Assembly (NCBI GenBank): GCA_041743505.1
Contig: JBGTMQ010000008.1
Span: 5,183 to 69,182, forward strand
Length of the DNA: 64,000 bases
Direction: 5' to 3'
Origin: Candidatus Saccharimonadia bacterium
GTDB lineage: Bacteria > Patescibacteriota > Saccharimonadia > UBA4664
Shown: positions 18,438-27,437 of the stretch, piece after piece
Layout: the number at the start of each line of letters is the position of its first letter
How positions within the stretch are numbered: the stretch's first letter is position 1
Program-made: the position numbers and the translations under genes
The notes under the pieces: generated by a model
Database searches by the model: none
Told to the model about the DNA's origin: nothing
Seen by the model: only the letters and a program-made list of their open reading frames with translations

Positions 18438-19481
18438 ATGGATGATGACAACCAGCCAGACTCGATAGTAACAATCAAGGGCCCAACCGAAACATATACC
18501 ATCACCAGCCCTAAGACCCCGGTCACGAGAGAGTTATTCTTGGATTTCTTGGCTGAAATCAGGTCGATTGCCGGGCCTGACGCTGTGAGCGAATATGATC
18601 GTGGCTACGCCATCACAATCCGGGACGGCCAGCCTTTTATTGTGATTCACCGGGGCAGCGGTGATATGGCTAACATCAAGATTATGACTGCGCGCTCAGA
18701 CTACCACGCTGTCTATACCTTTCGGGCTGCCGCCTGGTATATGAAGCTTGATGTTAAGCACGACGGCACCAGCCTACGTTTACCAAAGAACCCGCACCTA
18801 ATCCTGCCTTTCTTATTAGTCAAGAGTGCCGAATTCTTGGCTATCATGGAGAGCTCTGTTTACAATTTAGCTTTTATCGCAACGAGTAATCGCCACCAAC
18901 CTCATGCCTATTATCTTAAGCATCGCCAAACCAACGAGATCGTCATTGCCAACCCCGGTCTTCTTGATTTCTATCTCAAACATGGCATATACGAAGCCAA
19001 TGACGAATTCGCCTACAAGGTAGCCGACAACCCCGCTGACTTTGTCCTCAAGCTGGATGCCGGGCTCATTCCGGAGATTTTCTATGAGTATTTTGGGCGA
19101 AGTCAAAAAATTATCAACCAAAGCCAGTTTCCGCTGCACAACATTAAGCGCAAAGTCTTTTTTACGCCGTATGTCTACGAACTTGATGCGCCAAATGACA
19201 ACCTCAACCGCTTGTCCGGAGGTGGCATGCTAGCAGACAAAGTCAGGCCTGGTGAAACACTCGATGCATCCATTCGCAGAGTGCTTCGTGAAGAATTAAA
19301 GGTCTCCGGTGATTACATTGGCGCCATTGTCGAACCGTCTGTGTCATTTGACCGCGACCGTGAAAACAAGCTCACGCCCCATTTGACACTCCATGTTTAC
19401 CTTCGCCAGACAGACCTCAATGATAATGACCGCAAGTCAGCCCAACGCGGTTGGAGCTCATTAACAAAGGATAAAGACTAG
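18438..19481 (+). CDS. Hypothetical protein with degenerate C-terminal NUDIX-like domain
   Basis: 'PGETLDASIRRVLREELKV'; AGGAG RBS before ATG 18438. Confidence 0.65.
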   Translation: MDDDNQPDSIVTIKGPTETYTITSPKTPVTRELFLDFLAEIRSIAGPDAVSEYDRGYAITIRDGQPFIVIHRGSGDMANIKIMTARSDYHAVYTFRAAAWYMKLDVKHDGTSLRLPKNPHLILPFLLVKSAEFLAIMESSVYNLAFIATSNRHQPHAYYLKHRQTNEIVIANPGLLDFYLKHGIYEANDEFAYKVADNPADFVLKLDAGLIPEIFYEYFGRSQKIINQSQFPLHNIKRKVFFTPYVYELDAPNDNLNRLSGGGMLADKVRPGETLDASIRRVLREELKVSGDYIGAIVEPSVSFDRDRENKLTPHLTLHVYLRQTDLNDNDRKSAQRGWSSLTKDKD

Positions 19482-19533
19482 GGTTCCCCCAACCCTTGTC
19501 AATAGGCAGCATTAATGTTAGTATTCACAAGTT

Positions 19534-20154
19534 ATGAACGTCATCACCGAAATCGAGAAGCAATATCGCAAACCCGCCCTGCCCGGGGTGCAGTCGGGTG
19601 ATACCGTCCGTGTCCACCAGCTCATCAAGGAAGGCAACAAGCAGCGCATCCAGGTCTTTGAAGGCGTTATTATTCGCCGTCACCGGATGGACGAGCTAAC
19701 CGCTTGCATCACCGTACGCCGGATCGCTTCAGGTGTTGGTGTTGAAAAAACGTTTTTACTCCACTCGCCGAACGTTAGTAAGGTCGAGATCTTACGCCGG
19801 GCCAAGGTCCGCCGCAACTTCCTCAGCTATTTGCGCGACCGCCGCGGCAAGAGCGCCCGCCTCAAGGAGCTGGCTTTTGACAAGGCAGCCGCCAACGACG
19901 TCACCGCTCCCGTGGCCGAAGTTACCGACGCCGACATCACCGAAGTAGACGTCCACCAAAACCAGGACGCCTTGGATGATGCCGTTCCGTTGAACGACCA
20001 AGTCAAGTCAGAGAACAAGGCCGCAGCCGCCGACGACGAAGTCAGTACTACCGAAGACGTCAGCACGTCCGACGAGCAGCAGGCACCCGCCGACGAAGCC
20101 GAAGCTGGCGTAGCCAAGGCTGAGCCGGGCGAAGGCAAAGCCGTTCAGTCATAG
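19534..20154 (+). CDS. rplS: 50S ribosomal protein L19 with long acidic C-terminal extension
   Basis: 'GDTVRVH..IKEGNKQRIQVFEG', 'GVGVEKTF', 'KVRR..LSYLR'. Confidence 0.96.
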   Translation: MNVITEIEKQYRKPALPGVQSGDTVRVHQLIKEGNKQRIQVFEGVIIRRHRMDELTACITVRRIASGVGVEKTFLLHSPNVSKVEILRRAKVRRNFLSYLRDRRGKSARLKELAFDKAAANDVTAPVAEVTDADITEVDVHQNQDALDDAVPLNDQVKSENKAAAADDEVSTTEDVSTSDEQQAPADEAEAGVAKAEPGEGKAVQS

Positions 20155-20165
20155 TCCGGGCACTA

Positions 20166-20792
20166 GTGCGACTCGTAAAATCCCAAAACGGCCCCACCTG
20201 GGAGGCCGTTTTGTCGTATGTGGAGGCAGGTGAGATTGTGGTTGGCATTGACGAGGTTGGCCGCGGCGCTTGGGCCGGACCTGTTGTCGCCGCCGCCGTA
20301 ATCCTGCCGCCCCACCTGGCTATCGACGGCCTGCGGGATTCCAAACTGCTGTTGCCAGCCAGCCGCCGCGAACTGGACCGCGAAATCCGCCGCCAAGCCC
20401 TAGCTGTCGGGCTTGGGTGGGTGGCGGCCGCGGAAGTCGACGAGCACGGGCTAACCTGGGCGGTGTGCCACAGCGGTTTGCGGGCTTTAGCAAACCTGAG
20501 CTCTAAATTTGACTTGGTGATGCTCGACGGCAAGCATAATTACCTGGCTCAGGCTCATCGCTCAGTGGCTCTAGTGAAGGCCGATCAGCTCGTAGTGCCG
20601 GTAGCGGCCGGCTCGGTGGTCGCCAAGGTGGCTCGGGATCGCTACCTTGAGCGCTTAAGCTGCAAATTTCCGGGCTACGGCTTTGAGCTTCACAAGGGTT
20701 ATGGCACACAGTCGCACATCAAAGCGCTGGCCGGACTTGGGCCATGTGCGGCTCACCGCCAGTCATGGCGGCCTTTGCTGGGGGCCGAATAA
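20166..20792 (+). CDS. rnhB: Ribonuclease HII
   Basis: 'GIDEVGRGAWAGPV', 'DSK', 'AKVARD', 'HKGYGT'. Confidence 0.95.
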   Translation: MRLVKSQNGPTWEAVLSYVEAGEIVVGIDEVGRGAWAGPVVAAAVILPPHLAIDGLRDSKLLLPASRRELDREIRRQALAVGLGWVAAAEVDEHGLTWAVCHSGLRALANLSSKFDLVMLDGKHNYLAQAHRSVALVKADQLVVPVAAGSVVAKVARDRYLERLSCKFPGYGFELHKGYGTQSHIKALAGLGPCAAHRQSWRPLLGAE

Positions 20793-21145
20793 TGTCAACC
20801 GCAGAGCGCGGCCGAACCGCCGAAGCCATCGCAGCCACTTACCTGGAGCAGCAAGGGCTGACTATCGTCGACCGCAACTGGCGCAACCGCTGGTGCGAAT
20901 TGGACTTAGTAGCGCGCAGCCCTGGCGGCATCCACTTTGTGGAGGTCAAATACCGCCGCCGGACCGACTGGGGAACCGGCTTCGAACACATTACCTACGA
21001 CAAAATAAACCGGCTGCGTCGGGCCGCGCTGGCTTGGAACCAAGCGCATGGCTATGCCGGCGCTTACCAAATCGACGTCATCAGCGTGGCCGGCGAATTA
21101 TCGGCGCCGCAAATTGACTATGCCGCGAATGCCATTAACGATTAG
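20792..21145 (+). CDS. YraN (UPF0102) family PD-(D/E)xK-like protein
   Basis: 'RNWR..ELDLVA..FVEVKYR'. Confidence 0.9.
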   Translation: MSTAERGRTAEAIAATYLEQQGLTIVDRNWRNRWCELDLVARSPGGIHFVEVKYRRRTDWGTGFEHITYDKINRLRRAALAWNQAHGYAGAYQIDVISVAGELSAPQIDYAANAIND

Positions 21146-21226
21146 CGGCTTATTGACGCGGCCGGATATCGCACCCGGTTATAAACAATACAGGAGGGGC
21201 TACACTCCATTTTACAAGTCAAAAGA

Positions 21227-23794
21227 TCACCTTAAATTGGAGCCCTCCCATTCAGCCAAAAACCTCTCAATACGGACATGGTCCCGTTCATACCAGTCCG
21301 CCTTAAGCGTAATAACCTCGAGCGCTTGAGCGACAGGTCGGCTTATAACCGGATGCGGGTGGGCCTTAAAGAACCCTGCCATCTCCTCTGCAATCTGATG
21401 CGAGGCAAAAGCCGCCCCGGCATATTCCGGCAAGCGGGTGAGCATATACCCACCCCCACCATATCGCCTTACCAAAGTATCCCACTGGTCTCGTATAAAT
21501 TGCCAAGCCAAATACCTGCTGTCGTGACCCATCAAACATCGGCCAAGAGCCAAGACAGAGTCTTGAGACCGAACGTCTTTAGATAAGCAAAGCTCAAGCG
21601 AGCGTTGGACTAACTCCGGTTTGCGGAAGCGGCATAATGTCATCAGTAGCTCTCGCTTTGCTTGGGGCACCTGTTCATGGCGGTACATCTCTAGCATAGT
21701 GTCATATTCCACAGCTTCACCGTGTCGCGCGATAGCATAAAAGACAGCCAACCGCAGGTCAGGATCGATGCTCCCTTGTTGGTGGAAATCCCCAAACCGG
21801 CGCCTGGCCTCGGCCGTTACACCCGGATGATCAAATCGGACAGCTTCGTGTAGCACCAGAGGACGCAACAATGTGTCAAAACTCGATTCCCCATCAACCT
21901 TGTCCCAGCCCAACCGGGCCAAATTTGGCTGTACGAACCAGCGTCCGAATTGCTCCAACCGCCTGCGCAAGCCTTCATCATCAATAATACCCAGGATATC
22001 GCCCAGGCCGGCTGCCAGCTTAGACCAAACTACATAGTTCTCATCTCCATGCATCCTCGCGATGAGTTTTAACGCCATAGCACTATCGGTAATGCCGGCC
22101 GGAGCGGTCGCCAATACATCACTGACGACACCGAGCCGGTCCGTTGCATTTAACCTGCCGTCCGCCAGCGGCCCAGCCAGTCTTTCGATCATAGCCGGGG
22201 TGTAGCTCACCCGATAAAAACCCGACTGATCGGGATTGGGCTTGAACCATTCTGCCTGGCTAATCTCGGCCCCTAACTCGGCTTCAGCTGTCGTTATCAG
22301 CCGCTGACCAGTTTCGCCTTGGTCGGTAATCGCGTCAAACGGAATCGGCCAAAGCTGGCCCGGGGTAGCTTTGGCTGCCTCTCTGGCTGAACTGTAAAAC
22401 CGCTTTTGTATCAGCATTTTCTGCCCAAAAAACACGATCGGATAGCCCGGCAGACGTGTCCAGGCAGTCATCATCTCGCGTACTGGTTTTCCGGACGCTA
22501 CGCCCAGCGACCGCCACAAATCCTCCGTTGTAGCATTAGCGAACTGATGCAACTCAAGATAGTGTTTCAGCCCACGGCGAAAGTCATCCGGCCCCAGGTA
22601 ATGATGCAGCATATTAATGATGCCGGCCCCTTTGGCGTATGAAATGCCGTCAAAAATCTCGTCCAGTGCCAGCGGATCCTCAACCTCCACCTCGATAGGA
22701 TGCGTATTCGCCAGAGCATCATCCCTCAATGCCCATTCCAGCCGCCAGCCCACAAACTGATGCCATGCCCGCCACTCCGGAAACATCCGGTCTAGGGCCA
22801 AAGTTTCAGCCCAAGCCGCAAAACCCTCATTAAGCCACAGATCATTCCACCAAGCCATGGTGACTAAATTACCAAACCATTGGTGGGCTAGCTCGTGGGC
22901 AATAACCAAGGCGACCCGCTGTTTATGTGATAGGGAGGTCTTGGTTTCATCAAGCAACAAATCAGTTTCGCGGTAGATTATCGCGCCCCAGTTCTCCATA
23001 GCGGCGGCACCAAAATCCGGTACGGCAATCATATCAAGCTTGACCAAAGGGTAAGCAATGCCGAAATACTCAGTAAAATCCTCCAGCATGCGCACGGCCG
23101 TATCAAGCGCAAAGCCAAACTGGTCCCGCTTGCCCGGAGTAGCGTATATTCTTACCACGGTGCCAGCCGATGTTTGCCGCTCTTTATACTCAAATTCACC
23201 AACCAAGTAGGCCACCAAGTATGTGCTCATCTTGGGCGAAGGCGCGAACGTAACGGTCTTACGCCCCGCCCCCGCCGGCTTTTCTGATTCAATCTGGGTA
23301 TTGCTGATAGCAGTTAGTGCCTTGGGAATAGTAAGGCTTAATTCAAAAACAGCCTTCGCGGACGGCTCATCAATGCACACAAATGCCTCGCGGGCATGAA
23401 CCGCCTCAAACTGGGTGAGGGCCAGCCATTTAGTCTCACCATTATGATCATATTGGCTCCGATAAAAACCATGAAGACTGTCATTAATCTGCCCCGAGAA
23501 AGTCAGCTCAAGGGTGTGCTGCCCAGCTTCAATCGCCTGCTCGAACCCAAAGGTGACCGTCTGATCGGCCTCCGAAAATGCCACCGTACCGGCATGGCCG
23601 GAGTCCAGCCGCACCGAGCTAATCTCGAGCCCGACAACGTGAAAGGTTAAATCCCGGGCAGATTTCAACAAATCGAAAGCGATAGTTTCCTGCCCGTCAA
23701 ACGTAAAACTCTCCATGTCTGGTGTGATGCTAAGCTGGTAAAACTCAGGTCGGATATTATCAACTAGTCGTTGCGCAGGCCGCATGTTTACCAA
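21227..23794 (-). CDS. pepN: M1-family aminopeptidase with ERAP1-like C-terminal domain
   Basis: 'AAMENWG', 'HELAHQWFGNLVT', 'WLNEGFA', 'YAKG'. Confidence 0.93.
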   Translation of the reverse strand: MVNMRPAQRLVDNIRPEFYQLSITPDMESFTFDGQETIAFDLLKSARDLTFHVVGLEISSVRLDSGHAGTVAFSEADQTVTFGFEQAIEAGQHTLELTFSGQINDSLHGFYRSQYDHNGETKWLALTQFEAVHAREAFVCIDEPSAKAVFELSLTIPKALTAISNTQIESEKPAGAGRKTVTFAPSPKMSTYLVAYLVGEFEYKERQTSAGTVVRIYATPGKRDQFGFALDTAVRMLEDFTEYFGIAYPLVKLDMIAVPDFGAAAMENWGAIIYRETDLLLDETKTSLSHKQRVALVIAHELAHQWFGNLVTMAWWNDLWLNEGFAAWAETLALDRMFPEWRAWHQFVGWRLEWALRDDALANTHPIEVEVEDPLALDEIFDGISYAKGAGIINMLHHYLGPDDFRRGLKHYLELHQFANATTEDLWRSLGVASGKPVREMMTAWTRLPGYPIVFFGQKMLIQKRFYSSAREAAKATPGQLWPIPFDAITDQGETGQRLITTAEAELGAEISQAEWFKPNPDQSGFYRVSYTPAMIERLAGPLADGRLNATDRLGVVSDVLATAPAGITDSAMALKLIARMHGDENYVVWSKLAAGLGDILGIIDDEGLRRRLEQFGRWFVQPNLARLGWDKVDGESSFDTLLRPLVLHEAVRFDHPGVTAEARRRFGDFHQQGSIDPDLRLAVFYAIARHGEAVEYDTMLEMYRHEQVPQAKRELLMTLCRFRKPELVQRSLELCLSKDVRSQDSVLALGRCLMGHDSRYLAWQFIRDQWDTLVRRYGGGGYMLTRLPEYAGAAFASHQIAEEMAGFFKAHPHPVISRPVAQALEVITLKADWYERDHVRIERFLAEWEGSNLR

Positions 23795-23949
23795 TTCCTC
23801 GTTACCTGCCCATTAGTATAACTGAAACGTTTTACGCAGGCGCACCAACCCCTCAAACCGGTTGGCAGATAATTTGCTTGCATTGAGAGATAAATTCTTT
23901 TACAATATGCTCACGTACTTTGACTCTCTCGGATCGGAGGTGATACCCT

Positions 23950-24567
23950 ATGGTTCGGCGTAAGCGTGACGATCGGCTCCGCGCCGCAGTGTTTGTTGAT
24001 GGTGACAACGTGTGCGGTACCTTTAAAAGGTACGGCATCTATCCCAATCTTGATGACCTTGTGCGGTGGCTTAGTAGTCCCGATGCGCCGTGGGGAATTA
24101 ACCAGGTGGTGAGCTGGTGCTACTTTAGGACGTATCGTAGGCCAGAGACACCGCGCGAGGGGGACCGGCCGTTTCGACAGCCGGGTCCCGGTGACTTGCA
24201 AATCTGCGACCATCGCCACCGGGCGAGGTTCCGCCTTCCTGGATATCCCGACGAGGCCATCAAGGACCATGTGATTGAGACAATCAATCAGTGGGACACC
24301 GCTTTTCTTGTTACCAGCGACGTATCGGACTTTGAAGACTTCGCTGACTACATCCGTAGCCCCAAGTTTCCGGGCAAGGAAGCCGTTATCATTGCCAGTC
24401 ACCTCAGTGCCTATCCTGACTGGCATAACACGGTCAATAACGGCTACTCCCTGGAAGCTATGTATCCGGATTTGATGAAGCGTTTTAGAGAACTGCGAGG
24501 CTTTCATCCGGAGAGAACGCGGCCGGTGCCCCGGTATCGTCCTGCGTTGTCAACGACACCCGCCTGA
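23950..24567 (+). CDS. NYN (LabA/DUF88, PIN-like) domain protein
   Basis: 'AVFVDGDNV' and 'LVTSDVSDF'. Confidence 0.7.
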   Translation: MVRRKRDDRLRAAVFVDGDNVCGTFKRYGIYPNLDDLVRWLSSPDAPWGINQVVSWCYFRTYRRPETPREGDRPFRQPGPGDLQICDHRHRARFRLPGYPDEAIKDHVIETINQWDTAFLVTSDVSDFEDFADYIRSPKFPGKEAVIIASHLSAYPDWHNTVNNGYSLEAMYPDLMKRFRELRGFHPERTRPVPRYRPALSTTPA

Positions 24568-24588
24568 GTCATCAGGCGGGTCGTTTTT
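24558..24588 (+). terminator. Rho-independent terminator
   Basis: ACCCGCCTGA-gtca-TCAGGCGGGT followed by CGTTTTT. Confidence 0.75.
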
Positions 24589-24592
24589 ATTT

Positions 24593-24656
24593 TTGCACAA
24601 CGCTTGATACTGCAGTATAATTACTCTTGTAAATCGGCTTCTCAGCCGATATTTTT
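24593..24656 (+). promoter_or_regulatory. nusA promoter with leader hairpin (candidate attenuator)
   Basis: TTGCAC-17-TATAAT then ATCGGCT-tctc-AGCCGAT-ATTTTT. Confidence 0.6.
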
Positions 24657-24720
24657 AACGACCATCCAATTAACGCCACAACTAAATAACAATTGAATAT
24701 TGAATAAGGAGTATATTTAC

Positions 24721-26022
24721 ATGGAAACCCCCAACTTTTTAGCCGCAATTAATTTGATCTCTGAGGAGAAAAACCTCCCCCGCGATATCGTCATAGAAAC
24801 AGTCGAGGCCGCCCTGGCTGCCGCCTACAAAAAAGACTACTCCGACAAAGACCAGGAAGCCCGCGCCGTTCTCGATCAAGAAACCGGTGAGGTCCATCTG
24901 TACATCAACCGGGCCGTCGTGGCCGATGGTGCAGTCGAGAATGAGCATCTGCAGATTGGCCTGTCCGAGGCCAAAAAAGCGGACAAAAAGGCCGAAGTCC
25001 GCGATGTCATCGAGGACGTAGTTAACGAAGAGACCGGCGAAGTCATCACGCCCGGCGTCGGTGCCTACATGGTTGAGACCGAGGTTTTCCCCGAAGACTT
25101 TGGTCGTGTCGCCGCCCAGACCGCCAAGCAGGTTATCATCCAACGCCTGCGCGAAGCTGAGCGCGAGATCATCTTCACCGAGTACAAGGACAAAGAAGGC
25201 CTGGTACTCAACGGCAATGTCCAGCGCGTCGAGGGTAGCATCGCATACGTCGATTTGGGTAAGGCCACTGGTGTCCTGTTCGCCTCCGAACAGATCCCGG
25301 GTGAGCGCTACTACACAGGTATGCGCACCAAGGTATTTGTGGTCCGGGTTGAACAAACCCCGCGTGGGCCGCAAATCGTACTAAGTCGTGCCCACGCCAA
25401 CATGGTAAAACATTTGTTTGAGCTTGAGGTTCCGGAAATCGAAGCCGGCACCGTCGAAATCATCAACATCGCCCGCGAGGCCGGCGTCCGCAGTAAGGTA
25501 GCGGTTCAGTCACATGCCGCCGGTGTGGATGCCGTCGGCACCTTCGTTGGTGGTCGCGGCTCCCGGGTGCAGGCGGTCATGAGCGACCTCGGTGAAGAAA
25601 AGATTGACATCATTCCCTTCGCTGATACCCCCGAAGAGTACATCGCCAACGCGCTGTCACCGACTAAGGTTATCGATGTCACCCTGACCGAAGCCGACAA
25701 AAAAGCCGTGGTCCGCGTACCCGAAGACCAACTCAGCCTGGCCATCGGCAAACAGGGTCAAAACGTCCGCCTGGCCGCCAAGCTGACCGGCTGGAACATC
25801 GACATCATCTCCGCCGATGAGAGCCGCGTCGAGGCTACCGCTGCCGTAGTCGAACCAAAATCCGGCAATCGCGACCTCGAGGGTGACGTTATCGCTGCCA
25901 TCAACTCAGGCGCCAACGCCAAGGCTGAAATCGACCCGGATATGGACGAGGAGCTATCCGGCACCCAGGCCGACGCTCTCAGCGGCCAGGAGCCGGTCGA
26001 CGAGACACCGCCCAAAGCCTAA
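24721..26022 (+). CDS. nusA: Transcription termination/antitermination factor NusA
   Basis: 'FGRVAAQTAKQVIIQRLREAER', S1/KH domains, 'LAIGKQGQNVRLA'. Confidence 0.97.
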   Translation: METPNFLAAINLISEEKNLPRDIVIETVEAALAAAYKKDYSDKDQEARAVLDQETGEVHLYINRAVVADGAVENEHLQIGLSEAKKADKKAEVRDVIEDVVNEETGEVITPGVGAYMVETEVFPEDFGRVAAQTAKQVIIQRLREAEREIIFTEYKDKEGLVLNGNVQRVEGSIAYVDLGKATGVLFASEQIPGERYYTGMRTKVFVVRVEQTPRGPQIVLSRAHANMVKHLFELEVPEIEAGTVEIINIAREAGVRSKVAVQSHAAGVDAVGTFVGGRGSRVQAVMSDLGEEKIDIIPFADTPEEYIANALSPTKVIDVTLTEADKKAVVRVPEDQLSLAIGKQGQNVRLAAKLTGWNIDIISADESRVEATAAVVEPKSGNRDLEGDVIAAINSGANAKAEIDPDMDEELSGTQADALSGQEPVDETPPKA

Positions 26023-26101
26023 CCAGCTCACATCAAAATAAGACCAAAAATAAGGAACCCCCGCTCGTTACGAGCAGGGGTTCAGCGCCGAAAGCCGAAG
26101 C

Positions 26102-26257
26102 CTATCTGGGCTCCAACTCGGCGAATAACACAATATCGATGCCGAGTAGCAGGTCGTCCGTCATGACAACAGTCACCGGGGTGGCCGGACCCAGCCAGCG
26201 GTGAGCGCACCACGCCTGGTCACCAAGATCGGGCCGGGGCTCGCGGTTATCGGACAT
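26102..26257 (-). CDS. Possible 51-aa small protein
   Basis: ORF MSDNREPRPD...LFAELEPR lying between a strong hairpin and a terminator-like region. Confidence 0.3.
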   Translation of the reverse strand: MSDNREPRPDLGDQAWCAHRWLGPATPVTVVMTDDLLLGIDIVLFAELEPR

Positions 26258-26321
26258 CCAATGCCCGCAGGACAATCTTACGAAATAGCACTGCGGGCAT
26301 TGGTCATGATCGGTTTGCTTG

Positions 26322-26567
26322 TTAGCGCAAACAATCGCGCAGCGACTGGCCTTGACGCCGCAAAGGTAATACTAAAGCTGCATGGCCACCGTATATCGAA
26401 ATCCAAACTGCCGCGACGGCCAGTCCGAATTTCACCAAGCCGTTTTGGGCCCATGACATGAGACCCATCGCGCATAGGGCAAGCGTTACTAAGGTTACCA
26501 GCCAGACCACCATAAACAGTGGCCAAACATAGTTCTGCCTGAATGGTAACGTTTTCAGGTTAGTCAT
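26322..26567 (-). CDS. Small two-TM membrane protein
   Basis: Two hydrophobic segments; start overlaps the upstream gene's stop. Confidence 0.55.
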   Translation of the reverse strand: MTNLKTLPFRQNYVWPLFMVVWLVTLVTLALCAMGLMSWAQNGLVKFGLAVAAVWISIYGGHAALVLPLRRQGQSLRDCLR

Positions 26568-27213
26568 GAGCGCTGTCCTTTCGCTCATCGCCAGTGCTAG
26601 CCGGCTCATCAAAACGAACCAACGGCAGGGCCGGCCAGCTCAGAAGCGTATCGGCCAGTGCAGCTACCTCCAGAATGAGATGGTTGGTGTGAGAAATTTG
26701 CCTTTCAGCTGCCTCGTCCCCAGCCGCAACAGGCCCCAGGTCAACATCGAGGCGCGTCTGCAGATCAGCGCTCTTACGGCATTCATCGGCCCAATACTGC
26801 TTGATAACAAGCATGCCCACGACCCCGTCAAGCAGACGGAGCATCGTTTCGATCCGCTCGCGCTGGTGATGTGCTTCCACACCCTCCAAGATGCTATAAA
26901 ATGCCTCCTCCTCGCACAGCCGCCCATACCAACCAGCCACGAGGACTTGCTCGGGCCGGCTGTAAAGCAGTTCGGTATCGGTTCCTCGCCGCCATTTCCA
27001 GTCAAGTTCGGCCTCGATGGTCAGCGTCACAGCATATCCAGACGTGCTTGAAAAAGGTCTGAGCTTCGGGAGCTGGAGTTCTTGAAGCCGGTGACAACAA
27101 TCATCGCCATGAACTAGTATTCTCGTATCTGTGCGGCGCTCGGACCGTTCAAGCTTGGCATCCTCATTAAGATATACATCCACATACGTCTCGCGCAGCT
27201 TACACAGTCGCAT
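26560..27213 (-). CDS. Hypothetical protein
   Basis: 217-aa ORF with AAGGAGG RBS. Confidence 0.65.
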   Translation of the reverse strand: MRLCKLRETYVDVYLNEDAKLERSERRTDTRILVHGDDCCHRLQELQLPKLRPFSSTSGYAVTLTIEAELDWKWRRGTDTELLYSRPEQVLVAGWYGRLCEEEAFYSILEGVEAHHQRERIETMLRLLDGVVGMLVIKQYWADECRKSADLQTRLDVDLGPVAAGDEAAERQISHTNHLILEVAALADTLLSWPALPLVRFDEPASTGDERKDSAHD

Positions 27214-27316
27214 GACGCCTCCTTGGTAGTCGGATCAGTGTAAAAGAGCATAATGGCCGTCCACAGCCAGTATCTCAGTACATTATAACATAACTACATA
27301 GTATTTACTACAGCAG

Positions 27317-27343
27317 TTAGCACTCGCTTGCACAGAGTGCTAA
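27317..27343 (+). promoter_or_regulatory. CIRCE element (HrcA operator) upstream of clpC
   Basis: Perfect TTAGCACTC-N9-GAGTGCTAA. Confidence 0.93.
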
Positions 27344-27437
27344 CCATGCTATACTTGCAGTACATCCACCCAGGCCGTGGCACCGACCAATCTTCTGACA
27401 CCAGCAACCCAGGGGGAGGGTAATGAGAGGACAAACA

